A DNA stretch of 64,000 bases, from contig CAIKUK010000015.1 of assembly GCA_903830625.1 (NCBI GenBank), forward strand, positions 37-64,036, read 5' to 3'. The notes beneath the pieces are model-generated. The model saw only the letters and a list, made by a program, of their open reading frames with translations, did not search any database and was not told the origin of the DNA. Of the stretch, positions 40,912 through 50,808 are shown one piece after another. Every line of letters begins with the position of its first letter. Position 1 is the first letter of the stretch. Both the position numbers and the translations under genes were made by a program. This DNA is from Candidatus Yanofskybacteria bacterium (lineage in GTDB: Bacteria > Patescibacteriota > Minisyncoccia > 2-02-FULL-40-12 > GWA2-44-9).

Positions 40912-41154
40912 CTATGATTGGACGTCAGGATCTATCCCAGGAAAGTGTTCGAAAAGCTCGATTTCCATTGCCATTACTGCATCCGCAAGTTCCGGATTCT
41001 CGAGTTCGCGCCGGTAAGCAGTCATCTCCCGGACTAGTTGCTCGGCTTCCCGATTACTTTCGTCGGATGGCCTGCGCCTCAGGAGCACGTTCTTACGATT
41101 GCGAAGACTTACAAGCTCATCCGATCTCGGTGATACTTTCAAGGTGGGCTTCAT
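40912..41154 (-). CDS. Hypothetical 80-aa protein (higher GC than surroundings)
   Basis: A strong GGAAGGAGG ribosome-binding site sits 6 nt upstream of the ATG. The protein is charged and Arg-rich. ~52% GC. Confidence 0.45.
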   Translation of the reverse strand: MKPTLKVSPRSDELVSLRNRKNVLLRRRPSDESNREAEQLVREMTAYRRELENPELADAVMAMEIELFEHFPGIDPDVQS

Positions 41155-41254
41155 GGCTTTTCCTCCTTCCTTTGAATGTGCCCACTAGATTAGGGACACG
41201 GGAACTGGCCCGATTTTAGAGGATGTTTTAGTCTATGTCAAGTAATGGTGGCGG

Positions 41255-41959
41255 CTATTTGCCGAAACGGCGTTTTTCTTGGCCGTAAGATTCTAATGCG
41301 GATTTGAATTCCTTAACCGAGAAATCAGGCCACAGGGTTTCTGTAAAAAATAACTTGGCGTCGGCTACGTCCCACATTAAGAAACCGCTTGACCAATGAG
41401 GGGCGCCGCCGGTTCGAATTACCAAATCAACCGGAGGTAAATCTTTAGTCCAAAGATTATTTTTAACTGTTTGGTCGGTAATTTTTAGGCTAGGATTCTG
41501 GATTTTTTGTTTGGTTATATTTTGTATGGCCTCTTTCATTTCATCCAAACCGTCATAAGCCATTAAAAGCGTTAGGTGATGGCGTTTATAGGAAGCGGTT
41601 TTATCAACGACCTCGCGGATTATTTTTTTTAGCCGTTCGGGAAAGAATTCTGACCAGCGGCCCAAAACATGGACTCTTACTTGGTAATCATCCACGGTGC
41701 TATCCTTAAGTAATCTCTTAAAATGATTTTCAAAAACTGAATATAAATATTTAACTTCCACGGCTGGACGTTTTTTAATATTACCCAACGATGAACCCCA
41801 CATGGTCAGATAGGGGATTTTAAGTTCCAACGCCGATTTTAAAATTCCCTCGCTTGTTTCGGCGCCGGCATCATGGCCAAAAAAGGCCCTGAGATTTTGT
41901 TTCCGGGCCCAGCGTCTGTTGCCATCGGGAATAATTGCTACATGTTTCGGTAATCTCAT
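41255..41959 (-). CDS. uppS: Undecaprenyl diphosphate synthase (isoprenyl transferase)
   Basis: HVAIIPDGNRRWA N-terminal motif and a C-terminal RFG. 234 aa. Confidence 0.85.
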   Translation of the reverse strand: MRLPKHVAIIPDGNRRWARKQNLRAFFGHDAGAETSEGILKSALELKIPYLTMWGSSLGNIKKRPAVEVKYLYSVFENHFKRLLKDSTVDDYQVRVHVLGRWSEFFPERLKKIIREVVDKTASYKRHHLTLLMAYDGLDEMKEAIQNITKQKIQNPSLKITDQTVKNNLWTKDLPPVDLVIRTGGAPHWSSGFLMWDVADAKLFFTETLWPDFSVKEFKSALESYGQEKRRFGK

Positions 41960-41960
41960 T

Positions 41961-42036
41961 TGGTGGACCGTAGCGGGCTCGAACCGCTGACCTCTTCGAT
42001 GCCATCGAAGCGCTCTACCAGCTGAGCTAACGGCCC
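41961..42036 (-). tRNA. tRNA-Ala (anticodon GGC)
   Basis: 76 nt with CCA. G3:U70 identity pair, D-arm GCTCAGCTGGTAGAGC, anticodon loop ATGGCAT, T-loop TTCGAGC. Confidence 0.75.
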
Positions 42037-42038
42037 AT

Positions 42039-42704
42039 CTATTTACTCATCATTTTGCCCAATGTAAGTAAATCGTGAAATATGCTTGCTGAGAAGTAAT
42101 CTATCACACATACTCCCTTGTAGTCTAATTTTTTAGACGGTTTACCAATAGTTCTTGCATCAACTCTTGCTTTGTAAAATTGTTTTTTATCAATACCGGT
42201 TGTTCGAACCCAAAATTTATCTAGGGCTTTTATGTCCTGGTCGGCACGACATAAAACCGTAATCCTGAATTTTGCTTCATCGATAACATAACAGGATCGC
42301 AATAACTTTAGAAAAAGTTTGATGATTCCCGGATCTGAATTGCCCAGTCGCAAACTTCCTCTCATACTTTTTGTCCCTTCGCCCAGATACAGAGCCACCA
42401 AAACCAATTTGGCAGCTTCTTTATTATTATTTAACAGATTAATAAAATCTAAATTATCATTCTCTATATTATCAAAATATTTTTTTCTTTTGTTCTTTTG
42501 CACCAAGATGGACTGAATACGCGCTTTTATTAATTTTTTATTTACATTTCGGGATAATTTTTCTTTTTGTTTTTGGGACAATTCTAAGTTGCTCAACCAG
42601 TAGGAGAGCGTGCTTTTTGAAACTCTGGGGAGCAAAGACCCGATTTCTGAATATGTTTTCCCTTGTTTTCTCAAAACCACTGCTTTATTACGAAAATCAT
42701 GCAT
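42039..42704 (-). CDS. LAGLIDADG-like endonuclease with N-terminal HTH domain (single motif)
   Basis: LVLVALYLGEGTKS motif and N-terminal HTH-like LRKQGKTYSEIGSLL. The stop lies 2 nt from tRNA-Ala. Confidence 0.4.
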   Translation of the reverse strand: MHDFRNKAVVLRKQGKTYSEIGSLLPRVSKSTLSYWLSNLELSQKQKEKLSRNVNKKLIKARIQSILVQKNKRKKYFDNIENDNLDFINLLNNNKEAAKLVLVALYLGEGTKSMRGSLRLGNSDPGIIKLFLKLLRSCYVIDEAKFRITVLCRADQDIKALDKFWVRTTGIDKKQFYKARVDARTIGKPSKKLDYKGVCVIDYFSASIFHDLLTLGKMMSK

Positions 42705-42893
42705 ATCAGTATTGTACTATAGACCTTATCTATGTTCAACTGCATTAAGTTGATAATCCTTGAGATTAGATGGTATTTATGGCATGATAGAGGACAAGTT
42801 TAAAAATAACTTGCCCTCGTCGTTCAACGGATAGGACAGGAATTTCCTAAATTTCAAATCTAAGTTCGACTCTTAGCGGGGGCACAAACATTT

Positions 42894-44345
42894 ATGCGAC
42901 TACCGTCGGAAATAAAATCTATTCTTACAACCTTCCAAAAAGAGGGTCTGGAAGCTTACGCCGTAGGCGGCTGCGTCCGCGATTTGATGCTCAATAAAGA
43001 ACCGAAGGATTGGGATGTCACCACTAACGCCGCGCCGGAGAAAATTCAGGCCCTGTTTCCGGAACATGTTTATGAAAACACCTTCGGCACGGTGGCCATC
43101 AAGACCGGTTCTCAAGATCCGGCCTTGGCGCTGGTGGAAGTGACGCCTTACCGCATTGAAGGCAAATACACCGACAAACGCCATCCTGACAGCGTGAAAT
43201 TTGCCGACAAACTGGAAGACGATCTTTCGCGCCGGGACTTTACCATCAATGCCATAGCCATGAGTCTTGAGGGCGATATCGTTGATCCGTTCCAAGGGCA
43301 GAAAGATAATCAAAATAAAATCATCCGAGCTGTTGGCGACGCCGAAAAAAGATTTGATGAAGACGCTTTGCGTCTGCTTCGGGCTGTCCGCTTTGCCGCC
43401 ACGCTGGGATTTGAAATTGAAGCCAAGACCAAAGAGGCGATTGTAAAAAATGCCGAATGGTTGCGGGCGATTTCCAAAGAACGCATCCGCGACGAGTTTG
43501 TAAAAATAATCGAAGCCGATAATGCCTATGCCGGCATGCTTCTTTTGGAAGAAACCGGCCTTTTGAAATATATCATCCCTGAATTAGTGGAAGGAGTGGG
43601 TGTGGATCAGAACTTGCATCATATCTACAACGTCTGGGAACATGCTACTCAAGCTCTTAAATACACCGCCGAAAAGAAATATTCTTTGGCGGTCCGCTTG
43701 GCCGCGTTATTTCACGATATCGGCAAACCGCGCTCCAAACGGGGCGAGACCCATGAAAACTCCACCTTCTACGGCCATGAGGTAATTGGCGCTCGTATGG
43801 TGGCCGAGATTATGGACCGGCTTAAATTCTCCAAAGACATTTCCGAAAAGGTCATCAAGCTGGTTCGGTATCATATGTTTTACTACAGCGTGGACGAAGT
43901 CACCGAATCATCGGTCCGCCGGCTTTTGGTGAACGTCGGCCAGGAAAATGTGGAAGACCTGCTCAAAATCCGCGAGGCTGATCGCGTTGGTTCGGGCCGG
44001 CCCAAAGCCATTCCCTACAAACTGCGCCACCTTAAATACATCATTGATAAGGTTTCCCGCGACCCGATTTCGGTTAAAATGCTCAAGATTAACGGCGAAG
44101 ATGTCATGAAAGAACTTGCCATAACCGGCAGTCCCAAGGTAGGATTAATCCTCAATTCGCTGTTAGCCGAAGTTTTGGACGATCCGGCCAAGAATACCCA
44201 GGAATACTTGACCCAGAGAATCCACGAATTGAATAAGTTAACCGCCGACGATTTGCAAAAAGCCCTGGACCGAATAGAAAAGGCCCGGGAAGCCGAAGAT
44301 AAAGAAATGATGCAAAAATACCATGTCCAAAAAGATTCAGATTAA
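42894..44345 (+). CDS. cca: CCA-adding tRNA nucleotidyltransferase with HD domain
   Basis: Polymerase-beta head GGCVRD...D-x-D plus an HD domain (HDIGK). 483 aa. Confidence 0.8.
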   Translation: MRLPSEIKSILTTFQKEGLEAYAVGGCVRDLMLNKEPKDWDVTTNAAPEKIQALFPEHVYENTFGTVAIKTGSQDPALALVEVTPYRIEGKYTDKRHPDSVKFADKLEDDLSRRDFTINAIAMSLEGDIVDPFQGQKDNQNKIIRAVGDAEKRFDEDALRLLRAVRFAATLGFEIEAKTKEAIVKNAEWLRAISKERIRDEFVKIIEADNAYAGMLLLEETGLLKYIIPELVEGVGVDQNLHHIYNVWEHATQALKYTAEKKYSLAVRLAALFHDIGKPRSKRGETHENSTFYGHEVIGARMVAEIMDRLKFSKDISEKVIKLVRYHMFYYSVDEVTESSVRRLLVNVGQENVEDLLKIREADRVGSGRPKAIPYKLRHLKYIIDKVSRDPISVKMLKINGEDVMKELAITGSPKVGLILNSLLAEVLDDPAKNTQEYLTQRIHELNKLTADDLQKALDRIEKAREAEDKEMMQKYHVQKDSD

Positions 44346-44760
44346 GCGGTTTGACAAGTCATTGCCTCTGCCAGAATACAAAACCAAAGGGGCGGCCGCT
44401 TTCGACCTGGCGGCCAGAGAAGAGATAACTATTGCACCGAATACTATTGGTTATATTCCCCTGAACGTGGCCATTGAGACGCCGAAAGATCATCTGCTTT
44501 TAGTGGCGGCAAGAAGCTCGACCCACAAGCTCGGCCTGATGCCCATTCATGGTGTCGGCATCGGCGATTCGGATTATCGGGGCGACGAAGACGAATACAA
44601 AATGCCGGCGTATAATTTTACAAAGAAGTCGGTCACCATCGAGAAAGGAACGCGCGTCGCTCAGGGGATACTGGTCAAGTTCACCCGCGCCAATTGGAAG
44701 GAAGTGAAAAAGTTGACCAGCCAGACCCGCGGGGGATTCGGAAGCACAGGACATAAATAA
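44323..44760 (+). CDS. dut: dUTP diphosphatase
   Basis: 145 aa with dUTPase motifs, including a C-terminal GGFGSTG. Confidence 0.8.
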   Translation: MSKKIQIKRFDKSLPLPEYKTKGAAAFDLAAREEITIAPNTIGYIPLNVAIETPKDHLLLVAARSSTHKLGLMPIHGVGIGDSDYRGDEDEYKMPAYNFTKKSVTIEKGTRVAQGILVKFTRANWKEVKKLTSQTRGGFGSTGHK

Positions 44761-44881
44761 AAGCTAGCAAAAACCTTAAAAATCTGATAAAATAGATAAT
44801 GAAAACGGGCTATGGTGTAGCAGTAGCACGCACCGTTCGGGTCGGTGTAGCTCCGATGCAATTTCGGATAGCCCGACATAT

Positions 44882-45772
44882 ATGAGAGATCGTGTCAATG
44901 TCAAATGCCGGAACTGCGGGAAAGTATTCCCAAAATACTACGTTCACGTTCGAGAGAACAAAGAATTGGGTCACAATTTTTATTGTTCTCCAGAATGTTT
45001 GTCTAAATTTAAAAAGACAGGAAAGTGGTTGATCTGTGGAAACAAGAACTGTAATAATAAATTCTATCGTGTTAAACACGCCGTCCTAGATCATAATTTT
45101 TGTTCTAAATCTTGTGCTGCCATTATAAATAACCAAAAATATCCAAAATATCCATTGAGACCATGCAAGAATCCAACTTGTACAAAAATGCACCGAAGAA
45201 CAGGGTCTTTCTATTGTTCTCTAGAATGTTCTCGGTCATTCGCGTACAAAGAAAGATTCACCTATACAAAAGAGGAGATTATTCTCGCTATTCAAAAGGC
45301 CACAAAAGAGTTAGGGAGACCGCCAGCAAAGAGAGAGTTAAAACATATATCTGATAAATGCGCAGGCATGTTTGGCTCTTGGAATAATGCCGTCCTCGCC
45401 GCAGGCCTGGAACCTCATCGTTCAGATGATCATCGTATGTACAAACGAACTCGAACCAAGGCCCATGACGGTCATATTTGTGATTCTGTATCCGAAGCAA
45501 TTATCGACAACTGGCTTAGTAAAAATAATATCTCTCACACACGAAACGCAAAATATCCAAGCACTAACCACAAAGCTGACTGGGGAATAGGGGATGGAAA
45601 AATATTTGTAGAATATTTTGGTCTCGCAAAAGACAGCCCTCGATATGACAGAGAAGTAAAAGTTAAGAAGAATATTTGTCGAAAACATAGAATTAAATTA
45701 GTTGAAATTTATCCGTCCGACCTGTATCCTATAATGGCTCTGGATAGAAAGTTCAGGACGATAACCCTCTAG
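44882..45772 (+). CDS. Zinc-ribbon-rich protein with C-terminal DUF559/Vsr-like PD-(D/E)xK endonuclease domain
   Basis: N-terminal CxxC/CxxC repeats (CRNCGK...CSPEC...CGNKNC...CSKSC...CKNPTC...CSLEC), a middle helical repeat (EEIILAIQKATKELGRP), and a C-terminal ADWGIGDGKIFVEYFGL...REVKVKKNICRKHRIKLVEI resembling DUF559. Confidence 0.4.
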   Translation: MRDRVNVKCRNCGKVFPKYYVHVRENKELGHNFYCSPECLSKFKKTGKWLICGNKNCNNKFYRVKHAVLDHNFCSKSCAAIINNQKYPKYPLRPCKNPTCTKMHRRTGSFYCSLECSRSFAYKERFTYTKEEIILAIQKATKELGRPPAKRELKHISDKCAGMFGSWNNAVLAAGLEPHRSDDHRMYKRTRTKAHDGHICDSVSEAIIDNWLSKNNISHTRNAKYPSTNHKADWGIGDGKIFVEYFGLAKDSPRYDREVKVKKNICRKHRIKLVEIYPSDLYPIMALDRKFRTITL

Positions 45773-45774
45773 TC

Positions 45775-46452
45775 ATGCGCGTTGCCATCGTCGGTAACAA
45801 TAAAGCCGAAGCGGAAAAGCTGGCGGAGAAAGCGGGCTTCACTTTAGCGGACGACAAACTGGATTTCGTCATCAGTTACGGCGGAGACGGCACGTTGATG
45901 AAAGCCGAATTTCAGTATCCCGGCATTCCGAAAATAGTTTTGAAAGACAGTTTGATCTGCAAAGTTTGTTCAGCACTTCCCAATGAGGCTGTTCTTGAAA
46001 AAGTAGTGCAAGGAAGCTATGAAATAAAGCAGTTAATTAAAATTGAGGCGACAATAGACGGCAAAACCATCACGGGTATGAACGACGTTATCGTCCATAA
46101 CGCCAATCCGCGCCATGGCATCCGCTATCAGCTCTGGATTGATGACCGACAGCTAGGCGATACCATCATCGGTGACGGTATCGTGGTGTCCACGCCTCTG
46201 GGCTCAACAGCCTATTACCGGAGCATTACCGACAGCACTTTCGAAACCGGTATCGGCCTAGCCTTCAACAACAGTACCGAGCAGATGGACCACATGGTTC
46301 TTGATGATCAGAAAACCATCAAATTGAAACTGACCCGCGGTCCAGCGGTTGTCTATGCCGATAATCAAGATATATTCTTTGAACTGAAAGAGGGGGACGA
46401 AATAGTTATTAAAAAATCGCCATCCATTACCCAATGGGTGATTGTGGAATAA
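45775..46452 (+). CDS. nadK: NAD+ kinase
   Basis: GGDGT motif and DGIVVSTPLGSTAYYRS. Confidence 0.75.
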   Translation: MRVAIVGNNKAEAEKLAEKAGFTLADDKLDFVISYGGDGTLMKAEFQYPGIPKIVLKDSLICKVCSALPNEAVLEKVVQGSYEIKQLIKIEATIDGKTITGMNDVIVHNANPRHGIRYQLWIDDRQLGDTIIGDGIVVSTPLGSTAYYRSITDSTFETGIGLAFNNSTEQMDHMVLDDQKTIKLKLTRGPAVVYADNQDIFFELKEGDEIVIKKSPSITQWVIVE

Positions 46453-46526
46453 GGGCCCATAGTAAAACGGTATTACGCGGCATTCGCATTGCCGAGGTCC
46501 GAGTTCGATTCTCGGTGGGTCCACCA
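46453..46526 (+). tRNA. tRNA-Ala (anticodon CGC)
   Basis: 74 nt with CCA. G3:U70, anticodon loop TTCGCAT, T-loop TTCGATT. Confidence 0.7.
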
Positions 46527-46566
46527 ACAGGAATTTTGCAAATTGGTTTCGTGATACAATAGGCAC

Positions 46567-48618
46567 GTGCCAATGACTAATCCTATACTCAAGGGGTTGA
46601 ACGAGAAGCAAATTGAGGCCGTCAAGACTATTGAGGGCGCGGTTTTGGTTATTTCTGGGCCAGGTTCAGGCAAGACCAAATGCTTGACCCATCGGGTGGC
46701 TTGGATGATTCACAAAGGCATTGACCCGGTCAATATCCTAGCGATTACTTTTACCAACAAAGCGTCTGGGGAGATGAAGGAGCGCATCCAGAAATTGTTG
46801 GGGGCGAATAAAAAATCAAAAACCGAAATGATGCCGACCATCGGCACCTTCCATGCTTTAGGCTTGCGGATCCTGCGCAAAGAAATCCATGTTCTGGGCT
46901 ACCAATCCAATTTCAATATCTGCGATTCGGATGAACAGCTTTCCATGATGAAACGGATTATGGGCAATCTGGAGATTGACCCCAAGCGTTACAACCCCCG
47001 AAGCATGCTCGCCAAGATTTCTAAACTTAAAACCTCGCTCATCTGGCCGGACGATTATGCGCCCCATGAATTCATGGAAAAGCTAATCGCTAAATTGTAT
47101 GGCCATTACCAGAACGGCTTGAGAGAAATGAATGCGCTGGATTTTGACGATTTAATCGTGCTGACGGTCAAAATATTCAAAGAAAACCCCGAAATACTCA
47201 AAAAATATCAAAATTGGTGGAAATATATCATGGTGGACGAGTATCAGGACACCAGCCACGACCAGTACCAGTTCGTTCAGCTTCTGGCCGGCAAATACAA
47301 GAACATTTTTGCCATCGGCGACGATGCCCAATCCATTTATGCTTTCCGCGAAGCCGACATCCGCAACATTCTGAATTTCCAGAAAGATTACCCGAAAGCC
47401 AAGATCATTATGCTGGAACAAAATTACCGTTCCACCCAGACTATTCTTGCCGCCGCCCAGAATATTATTTCCAACAATAAGAATCAATTCCCGAAAACTC
47501 TTTGGACCGACAACGAAGCGGGGGAGAAGATATTGGTCAAAGAAACGCTCAATGAGCGGACCGAAGCCAATTTTATTATTTCTCAAATCGTAAAATACAT
47601 GCGCAAGGGCTATGGCTTGAATTCATTTACGGTTTTGTACCGCACTCACGCTCAATCCCGTTCCATGGAAGAAGCGCTCATCAGCCACGGCTTGCCGTAC
47701 CAGATCGTCGGCGGTCTGAAGTTCTATGAACGCAAAGAAATTAAAGACATCATGGCCTATTTGAAGTTAATCCAAAATCCAGCCGATATTTTAAGTTTGG
47801 AACGCATCTACAATGTACCGTCGCGAGGTATCGGCCACTCCACTTACCAAAAAATTATCGCTGTCGGCAAAAAACCTGCCCGAACGGCTCCAGCCCGACA
47901 AAGTCATTCTGGCGAGGAAGTCGTTCAGTCGGGCGGGGATTTATTTGAAAGCTTGGCTGAATTAGTGGCCAAGGAAGGCGAATCCAAAAAAGGCACGGCT
48001 CTGAAAAATTTCCACAAACTTCTGACCGATCTCCGTAAATTCGCCGAAAGCCACACCTTAACCAAAACGTTAAAGCACATCGTGGAAACCATTAATTACG
48101 AAGCCTATCTTCGCGCTCAAGCCTTGGCCAAAAACGCCAAAGCTGATGATGTGGAATCGCGTCTGGAAAACATTTCCGAATTATTCACCGTCGCCCGCGG
48201 TTATGATGTCCTGGAACCGGAAGCCGGCCGTGGTAGATTCTTGGAAGAAATCGCGCTTCTTCAGCAGGCCGATGCCATCAAAGATAACGCTATCCGGATT
48301 ACCTTAATGACCATGCATTCCTCCAAGGGCCTGGAGTTCCCGGTGGTGTTCATCATCGGTATGGAAGAAGGCCTTTTCCCGCATGCCCGTACGCTTTATG
48401 CGCCCCATGAGATGGAAGAAGAGCGCCGTCTCTGCTATGTTGGTATTACCCGAGCCAAAGAACGGCTGATTCTGACCCATGCCAAATACCGCAATATTTT
48501 CGGCACCACCGAAGTCAATCTGCCGTCCAGATTCTTAAATGAAATATCACAGAACTTATTGGACCGCCAGTTTGCCGACCCGATGAGCGATTACGAAGAA
48601 AAAATTTCCTACGACTAA
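46567..48618 (+). CDS. pcrA: ATP-dependent DNA helicase PcrA/UvrD family
   Basis: 683 aa. Walker A ISGPGSGKTKCL and SF1 helicase motifs throughout. Confidence 0.85.
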   Translation: MPMTNPILKGLNEKQIEAVKTIEGAVLVISGPGSGKTKCLTHRVAWMIHKGIDPVNILAITFTNKASGEMKERIQKLLGANKKSKTEMMPTIGTFHALGLRILRKEIHVLGYQSNFNICDSDEQLSMMKRIMGNLEIDPKRYNPRSMLAKISKLKTSLIWPDDYAPHEFMEKLIAKLYGHYQNGLREMNALDFDDLIVLTVKIFKENPEILKKYQNWWKYIMVDEYQDTSHDQYQFVQLLAGKYKNIFAIGDDAQSIYAFREADIRNILNFQKDYPKAKIIMLEQNYRSTQTILAAAQNIISNNKNQFPKTLWTDNEAGEKILVKETLNERTEANFIISQIVKYMRKGYGLNSFTVLYRTHAQSRSMEEALISHGLPYQIVGGLKFYERKEIKDIMAYLKLIQNPADILSLERIYNVPSRGIGHSTYQKIIAVGKKPARTAPARQSHSGEEVVQSGGDLFESLAELVAKEGESKKGTALKNFHKLLTDLRKFAESHTLTKTLKHIVETINYEAYLRAQALAKNAKADDVESRLENISELFTVARGYDVLEPEAGRGRFLEEIALLQQADAIKDNAIRITLMTMHSSKGLEFPVVFIIGMEEGLFPHARTLYAPHEMEEERRLCYVGITRAKERLILTHAKYRNIFGTTEVNLPSRFLNEISQNLLDRQFADPMSDYEEKISYD

Positions 48619-48619
48619 A

Positions 48620-49405
48620 ATGGAAAAAATTATCGCCAAAAAATCTCTCGGCCAAAACTTTCTCGTCAACGAAGGTATTATTGCCAAAATTGTAAAAGCA
48701 GCCGAACTGACGGCCGAAGACACGGTATTGGAAGTTGGACCGGGCACAGGCAATCTCACCCGAGCGCTATTAGAAACTGGCGCCAGAGTGATTGCCGTGG
48801 AAAAAGATCATCGCGTCATTGAAGATTTAAACGCGGAATTCAGCTGCGCTCAAATTGAAATCATGGAAGGCGATATTTTGAATTTTAAACCGGATGAGCA
48901 TGGCCTCACGGAAGGGGAGTACAAAATCGTGGCCAATCTGCCGTACTACATTACTTCGCATTTTATCCGGACCGTTTTTGAAGAATGGCCACAGCCAGCA
49001 TTAATGATTTTGATGGTTCAAAAAGAAGTGGCTAAACGCATCGTGGCCAGACCGCCGGACATGAACCTCTTAGCTTTGTCCGTGCAGTACTACGCCAAGC
49101 CGGAAATTATCACCCCCGTCAGCCGAGGCAGTTTCCGGCCGTCGCCAACTGTGGATTCGGCGGTCATCAGGCTTATTCCGCGAACCGAATATTATCTGAC
49201 CGCCGAAAAAGAAGAATTATTTTTTGCCATTCTTAAATCGGCTTTTGGCGGAAAAAGAAAACAGCTCATCAATACGCTGCCGACAATCATCAGTAAAAAC
49301 AAGCAGGGCACCGCTGAACTCCTGAATCAAGTCGGCCTTAGTCCCGAAACCCGCCCCGAAACTGTCGACATCGCCAGCTGGCTCATTCTCGTAAATAGCC
49401 TATAA
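48620..49405 (+). CDS. rsmA: 16S rRNA (adenine1518/1519-N6)-dimethyltransferase
   Basis: SLGQNFLVNEGIIAKIV...VLEVGPGTGNLT SAM motif. KsgA family. Confidence 0.85.
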   Translation: MEKIIAKKSLGQNFLVNEGIIAKIVKAAELTAEDTVLEVGPGTGNLTRALLETGARVIAVEKDHRVIEDLNAEFSCAQIEIMEGDILNFKPDEHGLTEGEYKIVANLPYYITSHFIRTVFEEWPQPALMILMVQKEVAKRIVARPPDMNLLALSVQYYAKPEIITPVSRGSFRPSPTVDSAVIRLIPRTEYYLTAEKEELFFAILKSAFGGKRKQLINTLPTIISKNKQGTAELLNQVGLSPETRPETVDIASWLILVNSL

Positions 49406-49776
49406 TGGGGACTGTGAAAAGACTTCTTCTTGTGTTATTAATATCCCTACTAATACTCGGCGGTTTCCCCGTTTTTACTAATGCGTTAAGCCTAGGTTAT
49501 CCTTTTGGTGGAAAAATCAAAAGCGTTACAATATGCACTTGTCCCGCTTCTTTTGGTTGGCAAATAACAGTAGGACCACCACGGCCTGGCATATTTATGT
49601 ATAGTCCGTTTTTTTCTAGATTATTTTCTTATTATAAAATAATGACCCCAGGGTCATATGTTCTGGGTGTTGCTTCGGGATACATGGCTTGTCTTCCAAT
49701 AAGTACCACTGGGTGTGGTGCCCCAATCGGTCCTGGCGGACCCCTTATCCGATTTGTCGGTACATCTGTTCGGTAA
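49405..49776 (+). CDS. Small secreted Cys/Gly-rich protein
   Basis: 123 aa with a signal peptide (MGTVKRLLLVLLISLLILGGFPVFTNA) and 6 Cys. First gene of the putative secretion block. Confidence 0.45.
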   Translation: MGTVKRLLLVLLISLLILGGFPVFTNALSLGYPFGGKIKSVTICTCPASFGWQITVGPPRPGIFMYSPFFSRLFSYYKIMTPGSYVLGVASGYMACLPISTTGCGAPIGPGGPLIRFVGTSVR

Positions 49777-49893
49777 TCAGGATAGGACTCAAAAGTATCA
49801 ACATCTTGTAGTCAGCTTATACACTTAAATGGTGCTATAATTGCATTAGGCAAAAGCCCACGATTTTTGCGTAAAATAACGCAAAAAATTATC

Positions 49894-50808
49894 ATGCCAA
49901 ACAAAATTAAGATCACCTTAACTATTGTGGCTATAGTAGCTGTGTTTTCGGTTTATGAACTAGCCCAATATGTTCACACTATAGCGAACGGGAATTCTAC
50001 CCTCCAACAAGGTTCTCCTTTACCAAACCCCGATGATGATCCCGACCATGACGGACTTAACAACCAGCAAGAGGTAATTTGGGGGACTGACCCATTTAGT
50101 CCCGATAGCGACGGTGATGGCTTTAAAGACGGCGAAGAAGTAAATTCAGGCCATAATCCGCTTATCCCCGGACCAGATGATTTAATTAATGCTGACAATC
50201 TTACTCAGCAATTTTCTGAATTGACGGCATCGGGCCTTTATTCAGGCGACTTAAAACCGGAGAGTGAAAATTATGCTCAAGCACTTTCCGATATTACGAC
50301 AACGGTTGCTGATTCTGGAAAATACTTATTTACAGAGAAGCCAACTCCAACTGGATTTATCATTATCAATGGGGGGGCACAAAATGATATTCAGTATCTA
50401 AAAAATGTAACCCCTCTTATCAATGAATTTCAGGGATTATTGGCCGAACAATATGAAGGCCTTATCTCGACTCTAAATATTATTGGGGACCAAGGATTTG
50501 GCGATCCGTCGATTAAATCTTTTTTTTCCGCTCAAACATCTTCTTACGCTAATATTTTTCAGCAAGCTTCGGGCTTGAAAATACCGAAAGATTTTGAAAA
50601 AAATCATTCTCATTTTTTAAGTCTGCTTGAGCAAATGCATGACATCAGTGACGCAATTAGTAAGGGTGACACTGATCCGGTCAAGGCTTCAACCGCTCTT
50701 GGCGCTCTTGGCGATATATATCAAAATTACACTGGTTTCTTAACCGATTACCAAAAAATAATCGAAGCTCGGGGTCTTGATTTAAATTCCATCTCAAGCT
50801 CTCAATGA
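49894..50808 (+). CDS. Membrane-anchored protein with thrombospondin type-3-like Ca-binding repeats
   Basis: Start at MPNKIKITL. DPDHDGLNNQQE...DPFSPDSDGDGFKDGEE repeats. Preceded by a TGcTATAAT extended -10 and a hairpin. Confidence 0.45.
   Translation: MPNKIKITLTIVAIVAVFSVYELAQYVHTIANGNSTLQQGSPLPNPDDDPDHDGLNNQQEVIWGTDPFSPDSDGDGFKDGEEVNSGHNPLIPGPDDLINADNLTQQFSELTASGLYSGDLKPESENYAQALSDITTTVADSGKYLFTEKPTPTGFIIINGGAQNDIQYLKNVTPLINEFQGLLAEQYEGLISTLNIIGDQGFGDPSIKSFFSAQTSSYANIFQQASGLKIPKDFEKNHSHFLSLLEQMHDISDAISKGDTDPVKASTALGALGDIYQNYTGFLTDYQKIIEARGLDLNSISSSQ

Noticed and set aside
44789-44880. Calling this element a tRNA gene
   Set aside because: An acceptor-like 7-bp helix is present, but the D, anticodon and T arms cannot be fitted to a canonical cloverleaf. 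It is kept only as an unexplained structured element in the findings.
46258-46679. Minus-strand ORFs 46258-46611 and 46473-46679
   Set aside because: They overlap nadK, tRNA-Ala(CGC) and the pcrA start. They are spurious.
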